Source: Pseudomonadota bacterium
GTDB taxonomy: Archaea > Thermoplasmatota > SW-10-69-26 > JACQPN01 > JAJPHT01
NCBI GenBank assembly: GCA_021325135.1
Contig: JAJPHT010000006.1
Coordinates: 18,481 to 82,480 of the forward strand
Direction of reading: 5' to 3'
DNA length: 64,000 nucleotides
Shown: positions 17,843 to 26,952 of the stretch, in pieces
How positions within the stretch are numbered: the stretch's first letter is position 1
Layout: each line of letters opens with the position of its first letter
Position numbers and translations under genes: made by a program
Notes under the pieces: generated by a model
What the model saw: only the letters and a program-made list of their open reading frames with translations
What the model was told of the DNA's origin: nothing
Database searches by the model: none

Positions 17843-19429
17843 ATGATCACCCCGGACTACGCCGCGATCCTGCCCCTCTTCGTGATGACGGGCGTCGGCG
17901 CCCTGCTGCCGCTCATCGGCGCCTTCCGCGCGCGCCCCGGCCTCCTCGCCGGCATCGCCCTCGTGGGCGTCCTCGCCTCGGGCGTCCTCACCGTGGGCAT
18001 GGTCACGGGCCTCCCCGGCCTCTCCTTCCTCCCCCGCGTCGGGCCCAGCCTGCCCGCCGTCCCGTCGTTCTCCGTCCTGGAGATGACGCCCTTCGTCGTC
18101 CTCTTCGACCTCGTCTTCCTCGCGGTCGCCGCGATGGTCGTCCTGGCGAGCCCGCGCTACATCAGCAGCCGCCACCAGGGCGAGTACTACAGCCTCGTGC
18201 TCCTCTCCACCGTGGGCATGATGGTCGTGGCCGCGAGCACCGACCTCATCACGCTCTTCGTGGGCCTGGAGCTGTCGAGCTTCTGCACCTACGCCCTCGC
18301 GGGCTTCTTCAAGCGCCGCCTCGACAGCAGCGAGGCCGCGATGAAGTACTTCCTCATCGGCTCCATCAGCAGCAGCCTCGCCATCTTCGGCATATCCATG
18401 GTGTATGCGCTGACGCACAGCACGAGCTTCAGCGCGCTGGCGAGCCTGTGGGGCAACCTCCTGAGCGTCCGCGACGCCTCCGGCGTCGCCCACACGACCA
18501 CCATCGGCCAGCAGCTTCTCCAGGGCAAGTTCGTCCTGGGCGCCTTCGCGCGGGGCCTGCTCCTCGCGGGCTTCGGCTACAAGATCGCCCTCGTCCCCTT
18601 CCACAACTACGCGGTGGACGTCTACGAGGGCGCGCCCGACACCGTCTCCGGCTTCGTCGCCGCGGGCGGCAAGCAGATGGGCTTCGCCGCGCTCTTCAAG
18701 GTCTTCCTCCTGGGCCTCTTCGCCGTCAAGGCCAACTGGGACATCATGGTGGGCGTCATCGCCATCGCGACCATGATCGTGGGCAACGTCGCCGCCCTCC
18801 AGCAGACCAACATCAAGCGCATGCTCGCGTACAGCAGCATCGCGCAGGCGGGCTACATCCTCATGGCGCTCGCCATCGGCACGGAGTACGCGCTCTCCGG
18901 CGGCCTCTTCCACATCGTCACCTACGCGTTCATGAAGGCCGGCGCCTTCCTCGCGCTGGCCGCCGTGGCCACGTGGGGCGTCGGCGAGGAGCTGTCCGAC
19001 TGGCGTGGCATGGGCCGCAAGGCGCCCTTCGTCGCCCTCTGCATGACGCTCTTCATGCTGAGCTTCGCCGGCATCCCGCCCCTCGCGGGCTTCGCCAGCA
19101 AGTTCGTCCTCTTCAGCAGCGCCATCAGCGCGGCCACGGCCACCGGCACCTCCGGCGTCTACGTCACGCTCTACCTCGCGCTGGCCATCGTGGGCATCCT
19201 CACCTCCGCCATCAGCCTCGTCTACTACTGGCGCGTCATCCGCGTCATGTACATCGAGGAGGGCGAGGGCCGCCGCATGCAGGTCGCGCCCAGCGCGGCC
19301 ATCGCGGTGTTCGTCGCCGCCGCCGGCACGGTGCTCCTGGGCCTCTTCCCCGCCGTGGCGTACAACCTCGCGGCGGACGCGGCGCACCACATCTTCGGAA
19401 GCCTCGGGCCGGCGCTGGCCTCCCCCTAG
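17843..19429 (+). CDS. nuoN: Complex I-like subunit N
   Basis: EAAMKYF, KIALVPFH..DVYEGAP, KRMLAYSSIAQAGY, GIPPLAGF. Confidence 0.97.
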   Translation: MITPDYAAILPLFVMTGVGALLPLIGAFRARPGLLAGIALVGVLASGVLTVGMVTGLPGLSFLPRVGPSLPAVPSFSVLEMTPFVVLFDLVFLAVAAMVVLASPRYISSRHQGEYYSLVLLSTVGMMVVAASTDLITLFVGLELSSFCTYALAGFFKRRLDSSEAAMKYFLIGSISSSLAIFGISMVYALTHSTSFSALASLWGNLLSVRDASGVAHTTTIGQQLLQGKFVLGAFARGLLLAGFGYKIALVPFHNYAVDVYEGAPDTVSGFVAAGGKQMGFAALFKVFLLGLFAVKANWDIMVGVIAIATMIVGNVAALQQTNIKRMLAYSSIAQAGYILMALAIGTEYALSGGLFHIVTYAFMKAGAFLALAAVATWGVGEELSDWRGMGRKAPFVALCMTLFMLSFAGIPPLAGFASKFVLFSSAISAATATGTSGVYVTLYLALAIVGILTSAISLVYYWRVIRVMYIEEGEGRRMQVAPSAAIAVFVAAAGTVLLGLFPAVAYNLAADAAHHIFGSLGPALASP

Positions 19430-20313
19430 GCGCGGCCCGCGTCCGTCTCCCCCTTCAGCAGCCACCGGCTCATGAGCAGGTAGGTCGTGAAGCTCACCAG
19501 CATGAGCACCACGCTGTACGCGGCCGCAAGCTCGATGCTCCCCGACTCGGCCTCGCTGTAGATCTTCACGGGCGCCGTGCGCAGGACCGCGCTCACGACG
19601 ATGATGGTGGCGCCGAACTCGGCGATGCTGCGCGAGAGGACCAGCACGCTGCCCGCCACGAGGCTCGGGCGAAGCTGGGGCAGCGTGATGGTGCGGAACA
19701 CCTGCCACTTGCTGCCTCCCAGGCTGCGCGCCGCGCTCTCCAGCGTGGGGTCCATGCGTTGGAGGCCCGCCGTCACGCTGCGCACCATGTAGGGGAACGT
19801 CTCCAGGACGTGCGCGAAGACGAGGATCCAGAGCGTCCACGTGAGCGTCAGGGGGTTCCCGAAGATCGCGCCCGCCACCGCGCTGATGGGGCCGAAGGGG
19901 CCGTAGAACGCCAGGAGGGCGAGGCCCACGACGACGCTGGGCAGCGCGATGGTGATGTTGCTCATGGCGTCCAGCGTGCGCGCGCCGAAGATCTTGCCGC
20001 GCACCGTGGAGTACGCGATGAGCGTGCCGAAGACGAGCTGGATCGCGACGACGATGAGCGCGACCTCGAAGCTCCGCACGAGGGGCTGGTAGAGCTGCGC
20101 GTTGCTGAAGAGGTCCACGTAGTGCTGGAGCGTCGTGGGCCTGACGCCTTGGAAGACGTTGGACGTGAGGCTGAACGCCAGCACGGTGAGCAGGGGGCCC
20201 AGGATGAAGAGCGCGAAGAGGAGCCAGACCACCAGCGTCCACGCCGCGCGCTCCACCGTCTCGCCCGCGTGCCGCACGCGGATGGGCCTCTCGTCTCCGG
20301 TCGCGATGGTCAC
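19426..20313 (-). CDS. ABC transporter permease (Fe3+/thiamine/sulfate-type family)
   Basis: EAA loop LESAARSLGGSKWQVFRTITLP; EFGAT; GTG start overlapping the SBP stop. Confidence 0.9.
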   Translation of the reverse strand: MTIATGDERPIRVRHAGETVERAAWTLVVWLLFALFILGPLLTVLAFSLTSNVFQGVRPTTLQHYVDLFSNAQLYQPLVRSFEVALIVVAIQLVFGTLIAYSTVRGKIFGARTLDAMSNITIALPSVVVGLALLAFYGPFGPISAVAGAIFGNPLTLTWTLWILVFAHVLETFPYMVRSVTAGLQRMDPTLESAARSLGGSKWQVFRTITLPQLRPSLVAGSVLVLSRSIAEFGATIIVVSAVLRTAPVKIYSEAESGSIELAAAYSVVLMLVSFTTYLLMSRWLLKGETDAGRA

Positions 20314-21287
20314 GTCTGCACCTCGTAGTCGGGGAGCTTCGCTTCGAGGTCCCGCCACTGGGACCAGTCGTAGGTCACGGGCGCGAGGCCCGTCAGGTTC
20401 GCTCCGCCCGCGGGGGCCGGGAAGCCGGGCTCCACGGAGCGGAAGTAGGACTTGCCGAGGCGCGACTGCGTCTCGTGGGTGAAGAGGAACGCGATGAAGC
20501 GCTCCGCGTCGCGGTTGTGGTGGTGCGCGACCAGCGCCGCGCTGAAGAGGACGGGCACGAGGCGCGGCTCGCCGTGGAGGATGGGCAGCGCAGTCGCGAC
20601 CTTCGCGCCCTTGGCCTGGTAGAGGAGCGTCACGGCCTCGTAGCCCAGGGTCAGGTCGAAGCTCCCGTCCGCGATGCCGTTGATGGTGCTGCGCGAGTCC
20701 GTGGGCTGCACCGCCGTCCGCGCGAGGGCGAACCTCCCCGCGGCGGGGTCCAGCGTCTCGTAGAAGAGGACGTTGTAGACGCCGTTGTTGGAGAGGAGCG
20801 GGTGCGCGAGGCCGAACTTCACGTCGGCAGTCGCGAGGTCCGGCGCCTGCCCCAGGCGCGGCGAGTAGACCTCCAGGAGCGGGCTCCACGCGAAGGCGTA
20901 CCAGGCGCGGCCCCCGTCCACGGGCGCGCCCTGGAACGTGGCGTCGATCCCCTGCGCGCCCGAGAGGTTCACGGGGAGGAAGTGCCCCTCGGAGTACCCC
21001 TTCTCCAGGTAGAGCGGGCTGGCGTGGAGGAACACGTCGGCTTCGGGCGAGGCGCCGCTGAGGCGCAGGCGGTTGTACTCCTCGCCCGCCGCGACGTAGA
21101 CGGGCTCCACGCGCTCGCCGGTCGCGTTCTGATATCTCGGGATGACGTCCTTCTCCAGGAGGTCCTTGAGGGCGGGCGTCGTGTAGACGACGATGGTCAC
21201 CTGCTCGGCGCGGCGCAGGTCGGCCGTGGCGAGCGCGGCGCCCGCGAAGAGGATGACGAGCAGGACGACGGGGAGGCTAGTCCGCAT
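20310..21287 (-). CDS. ABC transporter substrate-binding protein
   Basis: Signal peptide; SPEADVF and AERFIAFL motifs; lies between ATPase and permease. Confidence 0.85.
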   Translation of the reverse strand: MRTSLPVVLLVILFAGAALATADLRRAEQVTIVVYTTPALKDLLEKDVIPRYQNATGERVEPVYVAAGEEYNRLRLSGASPEADVFLHASPLYLEKGYSEGHFLPVNLSGAQGIDATFQGAPVDGGRAWYAFAWSPLLEVYSPRLGQAPDLATADVKFGLAHPLLSNNGVYNVLFYETLDPAAGRFALARTAVQPTDSRSTINGIADGSFDLTLGYEAVTLLYQAKGAKVATALPILHGEPRLVPVLFSAALVAHHHNRDAERFIAFLFTHETQSRLGKSYFRSVEPGFPAPAGGANLTGLAPVTYDWSQWRDLEAKLPDYEVQT

Positions 21288-22161
21288 CGGTGGGCCACAC
21301 CTCGATGCTCTGGGTCGGGCCCTTCTTCACCATCACGTGCACCACGTCGCCGGGCGCCACGCCGGGGATCTGGATGGGGATCTGGGCGCCTCCCTCGGCG
21401 GTCACGAACATGGTGCCGGACGCGTACGTCTCGACCTTCGCCTCGTGGATCAGGCACATCTTCACGAAGTCCTGCACGAACGGGTGGCTGTGCCGCATCA
21501 CGCGCTCGGGCTCGTCGAAGGTCACGACGCGCCCCTCGTTAAGCACCAGCACGCGCCGGCTGAAGAGGAACGCCTCCTCCTGGTCGTGGGTGATGAGGAG
21601 CGTCGTGACGCCCAGGCGCTTGATGATGGCGCGCACCTCCTGGACGACCTGCGAGCGCGTCGTGGCGTCGAGCGCGGTGAAGGCCTCGTCCAGGAGCAGC
21701 AGGCGCGGGTTCACGGCCAGCGCGCGGGCCAGCGCCACGCGCTGCTTCTCGCCGCCGCTGAGGGTCCCCGGGTACGCGTCGGCGCGGTGGCGCAGCTGCA
21801 CGAGGTCGAGCATCTCGGAGACCTTCTCGTCCGCCTCGCGCCGCGGCGCGCGCCGCATGCGCAGGCCATAGGCGACGTTGTCGCGCACGCTCATGTGCGG
21901 AAAGAGCGCGTAGCCCTGGTACACGATGCCCACGCCGCGCTTCTCCTGCGGGACGCGCGTGACGTCGAGGTCGTCCACGACGACGCTGCCCCCTTCGGGC
22001 CGAAGCTCGCCCAGGATGCACCGGAAGAGCGTCGTCTTGCCGCACCCGCTGGGGCCGATCACCGCGACGATCTCGCCGCTGGGGACGTCGATGGAGACGT
22101 CCTCGAGGACGACCTTCCCATCGAAGGCCTTCCGGATGCCGGCGAGCCGAAGCTTGGCCAC
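21277..22161 (-). CDS. ABC transporter ATP-binding protein
   Basis: GPSGCGKTT, LSGGEKQRVALARAL, LLLDE, ITHDQEEA. Confidence 0.95.
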   Translation of the reverse strand: MAKLRLAGIRKAFDGKVVLEDVSIDVPSGEIVAVIGPSGCGKTTLFRCILGELRPEGGSVVVDDLDVTRVPQEKRGVGIVYQGYALFPHMSVRDNVAYGLRMRRAPRREADEKVSEMLDLVQLRHRADAYPGTLSGGEKQRVALARALAVNPRLLLLDEAFTALDATTRSQVVQEVRAIIKRLGVTTLLITHDQEEAFLFSRRVLVLNEGRVVTFDEPERVMRHSHPFVQDFVKMCLIHEAKVETYASGTMFVTAEGGAQIPIQIPGVAPGDVVHVMVKKGPTQSIEVWPTDAD

Positions 22162-22182
22162 AATGGACCTGCGACGTGACCA

Positions 22183-22208
22183 TGCATATACACGCGAGAT
22201 GTCTCGCG
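22183..22208 (-). promoter_or_regulatory. TATA-like box (TATATG) with adjacent palindrome CGCGAGA-N2-TCTCGCG upstream of the ABC operon
   Basis: TATA about 25-29 nt upstream of GTG 22161; perfect 7-bp inverted repeat 22193-22208. Confidence 0.5.
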
Positions 22209-22238
22209 GCCCCTCCGCCGCCCGCGCTTGGCTGCCTG

Positions 22239-22820
22239 TCAGCGGCGGTCGAGGTGGTTGTGGAGGACGGTGATGCACTGGTCGGCCTGGAGCGAGACGG
22301 GGCCGAGGCTCACGCGCGCGGCGGCCCGGGCGCGCAGCATCGCCTCCTCCTCGGGCGTGAAGCCCAGGTGGTCGCCCAGCACGTACGTCGCGCTGGCGGG
22401 GAGCGCGGCGCCCGCGACGTCCTCGCCCGACTCGTCCAGGAGGACCAGCGGCTCGCGCAGCCCGTCGAGCAGCTCCTCCAGGCCGATGGCCGCGACGCTG
22501 ACGCCGGGCGTCGAGGGCTGCCAGACCGGCCCCGTGGTGCCGGTGCCCAGCGCCTTCTCCAGCAGCAGCGCGCTGGAGCGCTCGTCGGGGTTCGCGTGCT
22601 GAAGGCGCGACGAGTCGAAGCGCACCGCCTTGGGCGGCGAGGGGGGCCCCAGGTGCATCGTGACAAGCTCCACGTCGGGCCTCAGGCCGTGGCTCACGAG
22701 CATGGCGGCGCCGACGCAGCGCGCGAGGATGTCGAGGCGGCCCCCCGTGCCCGCGAGGTCCTTCAGCGAGAAGCCGGGGGCCGAGGCGGCCTTGTGGCCC
22801 ACGACGACGAAGCGGCGCAT
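22239..22820 (-). CDS. trmY: tRNA (pseudouridine54-N1)-methyltransferase
   Basis: MRRFVVVGHKA..FSLKDL..GGRLDILARC, SHGLR, NPDERS, SPOUT motif LGDHLGF...SLGPVSLQADQCI. Confidence 0.93.
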   Translation of the reverse strand: MRRFVVVGHKAASAPGFSLKDLAGTGGRLDILARCVGAAMLVSHGLRPDVELVTMHLGPPSPPKAVRFDSSRLQHANPDERSSALLLEKALGTGTTGPVWQPSTPGVSVAAIGLEELLDGLREPLVLLDESGEDVAGAALPASATYVLGDHLGFTPEEEAMLRARAAARVSLGPVSLQADQCITVLHNHLDRR

Positions 22821-22858
22821 CGCGCGGGCAAGCGGCCTTGCGGCCTTGAGCTTTCGGC

Positions 22859-23473
22859 TCACGCGCGCAGCGTCGGCAGCGGCTCCCGGAGCGGCGTGCG
22901 CTGCGCCTCGGCGAGGGCGCATTCCACGAGGGCCGCGCGGTCCGCGAGCCTCGCCCACGGCGCGCCAAGCTCCTCGCGAAGCTCCATGCGGCACGCGGGG
23001 TCGTAGCGGCCCGGCGCGCACGCGCCGCACGACCAGTTGCCGCGCAGCGGGTGGCGGCGGCGCCAGCGCTGGTCGCACTGGCGGCAGGCGTAGACGAAGC
23101 GGAACGCGGCGTTCTCGGGGCCCAGGTCGCGCTCGCCGTTGGCCTCGACGCCCAGGCGCGCGAGCCGGCGGTGGAACTCGGCCGAGTGGCCCGTCTCGCC
23201 GCGGCGCGCGTAGAGGTTCGCGTGGACCGCCTCGTGGCGCAGCGTCGCGTCAAGCTCGCGCCAGTGCGTGCCGCGCGGCAGGTCGGCGGGGTCCAGAAGG
23301 AACAGGTAGGGCGAGAGGCGCACCAGGTGGCGCCGGTAGTAGATGAGCGCCCAGCTCGTGGTGATGCGGCGCGAGAACTCGACGCGGTGCGGAGGCGCCC
23401 CGCCAGGCAGGAGGGCGAGATAGGCGTCGAAGCGCTCGTTCGCCAGGTCCTCAAGGGCTTGCAGCGCCCGCAT
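22859..23473 (-). CDS. SprT-like zinc metalloprotease with C-terminal Zn ribbon
   Basis: TLRHEAVH, GHSAEF, CRQC...CGAC. Confidence 0.85.
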   Translation of the reverse strand: MRALQALEDLANERFDAYLALLPGGAPPHRVEFSRRITTSWALIYYRRHLVRLSPYLFLLDPADLPRGTHWRELDATLRHEAVHANLYARRGETGHSAEFHRRLARLGVEANGERDLGPENAAFRFVYACRQCDQRWRRRHPLRGNWSCGACAPGRYDPACRMELREELGAPWARLADRAALVECALAEAQRTPLREPLPTLRA

Positions 23474-23572
23474 CGGCCCCTGCTCGCGCCGCGGGGACTT
23501 TGAGCCCCACGGGCGCGCCGGAGCGACGCAGCGCGCCAAAGCGTCAAGAGGGGGCGCCGCCTTGGCCGCCGC

Positions 23573-24058
23573 ATGCGCGGGGCCCCTCTGCTCCTTGCAT
23601 GCCTTCTCCTGGCCTCGGGGTGCCTGGGCCAGGGGGGCGGCAGCGCCCTCGTGGGCAAGCCCGTCCCCTCCTTCTCCCTGGTGACGAGCGAGGGGCAGCG
23701 CGTCAACGAGTCGACGTGGCTGGGCCGCTACGTCGTGCTGGACCTCATGGCGACGTGGTGCGCGCCCTGCCGCGTCGAGGTGGGCCACCTCCAGGCGGTG
23801 CAGCGGACGTATGGCGACCGCGTCGCGATCCTCTCCATCGACGTGGACCCCACGGAGTCCTCCGCGGAATTGGACCAGTTCGCCCAGGAGCACAACGCGA
23901 CGTGGCCGCACGCCTTCGACTTCGACGGGCGCGTGGGCCGCAGCATCGGCCTGGGCATCCCCACGCTGGTCATCGTCGACCCCACGGGGAAGGTCGCCTA
24001 CCAGCACGAGGGCGAGGTGACGCCCGAGGAGATCGGCCGCGTCGTGGGGCCCGCGTAG
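23573..24058 (+). CDS. TlpA/redoxin-family thiol-disulfide oxidoreductase, lipoprotein
   Basis: Lipobox LASGC; ATWCAPC; GIPT. Confidence 0.9.
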   Translation: MRGAPLLLACLLLASGCLGQGGGSALVGKPVPSFSLVTSEGQRVNESTWLGRYVVLDLMATWCAPCRVEVGHLQAVQRTYGDRVAILSIDVDPTESSAELDQFAQEHNATWPHAFDFDGRVGRSIGLGIPTLVIVDPTGKVAYQHEGEVTPEEIGRVVGPA

Positions 24059-24097
24059 GAGGCGCCCGCGGGCGGGCAAGGGGCCGGACCCCTGCCC

Positions 24098-24676
24098 TCA
24101 CACCGTGTAGCGCATCTCCATGTCGACGTACTTCACGTCGATGGGGGAGCCCGTGGCGGGGAGCGGCTGGAGCTCCAGCGCGTAGAGGACGTTCACCTGC
24201 GTGTCCGCGACGATGTTGGCCTGGGCGAGTGCCAGCACCCAGCACGACTGGCCCGACTTGAGGGTGACCCAGGGGCCAGCCGTGCCGGATGCGGGCGCGA
24301 CGCCCGTCTCGGTGATCTCGGTGGTGGTCGCGGTGCCGTTCTTGATCTGGAGGTCGCAGCGCGCGCACTGGCTGGCGGCGCCGCCCGTCTGCGTGCGGTA
24401 GACGAGGCGGACCTGCACGTCGGTCGCGGCGTTGTTCCTCACCGCGGTGCTGTTGAGCGTCGTCGCCACGCCGACGCCGCCGCTCACGCTGTCCGTGCTG
24501 CTGGTCGCGTTGGCCCCGATGGTCGCCGTGCCGCCCGCCGCGCGGGAGAGCGCGAGGGGCGGGGCCGGCGCCGCGAGGGCGGCAAGGCTGTCGCTGCCGC
24601 TGAGGTGGAGGACCGTCGAGGCCAGCGCGGGCTGCGCGGCCAGGACGAGCGCCCCCAGGAGCGCCAGGCGTCGCAT
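24098..24676 (-). CDS. Secreted beta-rich protein, possible fibre/pilin-like subunit
   Basis: Signal peptide ending PALA; Thr/Ala/Val-rich beta pattern. Confidence 0.7.
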   Translation of the reverse strand: MRRLALLGALVLAAQPALASTVLHLSGSDSLAALAAPAPPLALSRAAGGTATIGANATSSTDSVSGGVGVATTLNSTAVRNNAATDVQVRLVYRTQTGGAASQCARCDLQIKNGTATTTEITETGVAPASGTAGPWVTLKSGQSCWVLALAQANIVADTQVNVLYALELQPLPATGSPIDVKYVDMEMRYTV

Positions 24677-24685
24677 GGGCGGGCC

Positions 24686-24955
24686 TCAGGCGGCGCGCGC
24701 GGCGACGAGCGTGAACGTCGTCTCCCGGCGCGCGAGCGCGCGCCACGCGACGCGCGCGGCGAGGCCCAGGTAGGCGGCGTCCAGCAGCACGCCCCATGCG
24801 TTGAGCCGCGCGTTGAGGACCATGAGGACGACCCCTGCGGCGCCCACGAGGAGGGGCCGCTTGACGCGGTGCCCGCCCATGAGGACGACGGCGCTCACGA
24901 CCACGCCCATGAACGTGGCGGACTTCATCGCGATCTCGACGAGATGCAGCGTCAT
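24686..24955 (-). CDS. Small integral membrane protein
   Basis: About three hydrophobic segments; tightly packed in the operon. Confidence 0.6.
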   Translation of the reverse strand: MTLHLVEIAMKSATFMGVVVSAVVLMGGHRVKRPLLVGAAGVVLMVLNARLNAWGVLLDAAYLGLAARVAWRALARRETTFTLVAARAA

Positions 24956-24965
24956 CGTGGCGCCC

Positions 24966-25541
24966 TCACGAGATCGACAGGCTCAGCCGCACGGGGCTGG
25001 GGAGGTCCTGCGTGCCGGCGTTGCTGGCGAGCTGCGCGATGACGCGCACCGAGAGCGAGGCGCCCGCGGCCATGCTGCCCAGGCTCGCGCTCGTCTGGCC
25101 CGCCGAGAGGTTCAGCGCGGCGACGGTGCCGCCCGGGTTGTAGAACTCCAGGCGGAACGTGACGACCTTCGTGTAGCTCGACAGATCGGGCCCGCCCACC
25201 GAGACGGTCCACGCCTGCGTGTCCGTGTTGGTGAGCGTCGTGAGGTTCTGCCACGTGACGTTGGCCTCGGGGACCGAGTTGAGCGTCACGGTGAAGTAGG
25301 TGTGGTTCGACGAGAGGGACCACGACGGCACGAACCCCGTGCTGCTCGCGTCCGCGCCGGCGGCCCACTGGATGGGCGGCGCCTTGATGGCGAGGGACGA
25401 GGAGGAGGCCGTGTCGTACGTGACGAGGACGCCTGCCACCGCGGCGGAGGCCACGAGGAGCAGGCCGGCCAGGATCGCGAGGACCTGGCGCGTCTGTCGA
25501 AAGAGCTGAGGCTGGCGGTGAGGCGGTGCGGTCGCGCTCAT
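24966..25541 (-). CDS. Secreted beta-rich protein, possible fibre/pilin-like subunit
   Basis: GGGAGG SD; hydrophobic signal; several N-x-S/T sequons. Confidence 0.75.
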   Translation of the reverse strand: MSATAPPHRQPQLFRQTRQVLAILAGLLLVASAAVAGVLVTYDTASSSSLAIKAPPIQWAAGADASSTGFVPSWSLSSNHTYFTVTLNSVPEANVTWQNLTTLTNTDTQAWTVSVGGPDLSSYTKVVTFRLEFYNPGGTVAALNLSAGQTSASLGSMAAGASLSVRVIAQLASNAGTQDLPSPVRLSLSIS

Positions 25542-25789
25542 GCAGCCTCCCGGTTGCGGGCGGACGCCATCAAGAGGCGTGGGCGGGCCCCTGGGGGACT
25601 GGGCCGTCCGGGAGCGCCGTTCGCCAACGCGCTCCTTTGGACCTCCTCCGCCTGCGCATTCCCGGTCACGGTCCGCGGCGCCTCCGCGCTGCCCGTGCGC
25701 GCCCCCGGACGGCCCCCTGCGACCTGCTTCTCACCCCGGAGAACCCCGGCGCCCGGGCGACGACGAGGGGGCGCGCCAACCTCAGAACC

Positions 25790-25795
25790 CTTAAG
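25790..25795 (+). promoter_or_regulatory. Archaeal TATA-like box (CTTAAG) of a probably leaderless operon starting at 25821
   Basis: About 26-31 nt upstream of ATG; AT-rich island in GC-rich DNA. Confidence 0.5.
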
Positions 25796-25820
25796 CGCCG
25801 GGCGCCGGCATTTTGGCGCG

Positions 25821-26015
25821 ATGCTCGACGCGATGCAGCGCCTCTCGAACCAGCTCCCCCCGCGGCTGAAGGCGCTGCTCAACCTCGCGATCACCCTCGT
25901 CCTCGTGGGGCTCTCGGTGCCCCTCCTGTGGGCGGGCGTCGCGTCCTCCTCGTGGAGCGACGCGGCCCTGGGGCTGGGCCTCCTGCTCCTGGGCGTGTTC
26001 AACCTCTTCACGTGA
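25821..26015 (+). CDS. Small two-TM membrane protein
   Basis: MLDAMQRLSNQ...; two hydrophobic helices; first gene before TPM and LemA genes. Confidence 0.65.
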   Translation: MLDAMQRLSNQLPPRLKALLNLAITLVLVGLSVPLLWAGVASSSWSDAALGLGLLLLGVFNLFT

Positions 26016-26019
26016 TCCC

Positions 26020-26898
26020 TTGCGCGCCGCCGCCCTCCTCGTCCTCGCGCTCCTCCTGGCGCCCCCCTTCGCGGCCGCCGCGTCGTACCCGGACCCGCAG
26101 AAGGCGCCGCGCTACTTCGACAGCCGCTGCATCGCGCAGTACGACCGGCGCTTCGTGTACGACTTCGTGGGCGTCATGGACGCGGAGCACGCCTCCGCCA
26201 TCGAGGGCGCGGCGTGCGAGATCTACGCGAACACCAGCGCGCACTTCGTCCTGGCCGCCGTGCCGGACACGGGGGACGAGAGCCTGGAGTTCTACGCGCT
26301 CCACCTCTTCGAGACGTGGGGCATCGGCTCCAAGGAGACGAACGACGGCATCCTCCTGCTCTACGTCGACCACTACAACCTCTCGGGGAAGTCCAGCGCG
26401 CTCCGCGTCGAGGTGGGCTACGGGCTCGAAGGCACCATCAACGCCCACGTGGCCAACAACGCCATCCGCCTCATGCAGGACGCCAAGGCGCGCGCGCTGG
26501 ACGCCGGCCAGGACGAGGCGTGGGCCAAGAGCTACGCGCTCCTGGACGGCGCCGCGTACCTCCTGGAGACGATGAACGACAGCTACGTGGACGGCCACTA
26601 CCCCGCGCCCGCGCCGGACGCCTCGGAGTTCCAGCCCCCGTGGTGGTTCTGGGTCGTGGTGGTCTTCGTGGGGATCGGCCTCCTGCGCGCGCTGGCGGCG
26701 GGAGCGCACGGCGCGCGGGGCTGGGGCTACCAGACGGGCTCCTCCGCGGCCTGGCAGGGCGCCGTGGCGGGCATGTTCATCCGCGACCTCATGCGCCGCG
26801 GCGGCGGGGGCGGCGGCGGGTTCGGGGGAGGGGGGTTCGGCGGCGGAGGGTTCGGCGGAGGCCGCTCGGGCGGAGGGGGCGGATCGGGTGGGTTCTGA
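26020..26898 (+). CDS. TPM-domain (YgcG-like) protein with Gly-rich tail
   Basis: LFETWGIG..NDGILLL, RVEVGYGLEG, C-terminal GGGFGGGRSGGGGGSGGF. Confidence 0.92.
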   Translation: MRAAALLVLALLLAPPFAAAASYPDPQKAPRYFDSRCIAQYDRRFVYDFVGVMDAEHASAIEGAACEIYANTSAHFVLAAVPDTGDESLEFYALHLFETWGIGSKETNDGILLLYVDHYNLSGKSSALRVEVGYGLEGTINAHVANNAIRLMQDAKARALDAGQDEAWAKSYALLDGAAYLLETMNDSYVDGHYPAPAPDASEFQPPWWFWVVVVFVGIGLLRALAAGAHGARGWGYQTGSSAAWQGAVAGMFIRDLMRRGGGGGGGFGGGGFGGGGFGGGRSGGGGGSGGF

Positions 26899-26952
26899 GC
26901 GCGGAGTTCCGGAGGATTCTGATAGCCGGACGTGGAATGGGAGGGCGAGAGC

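Noticed and set aside
13828-17846. Very long alternative-frame and antisense ORFs (e.g. 13953-17846, 13828-16557, 10061-12448, 33310-36000)
   Set aside because: Shadow ORFs caused by high GC3; Arg/Pro/Gly-rich translations overlapping well-supported genes.
25538-25790. Riboswitch or leader ORF upstream of the secreted-protein operon
   Set aside because: No recognisable riboswitch consensus, and the open frame lacks a convincing start or protein-like composition.
26800-26895. GGC/GGA-rich low-complexity repeat
   Set aside because: Encodes the usual Gly-rich tail of TPM-domain proteins.
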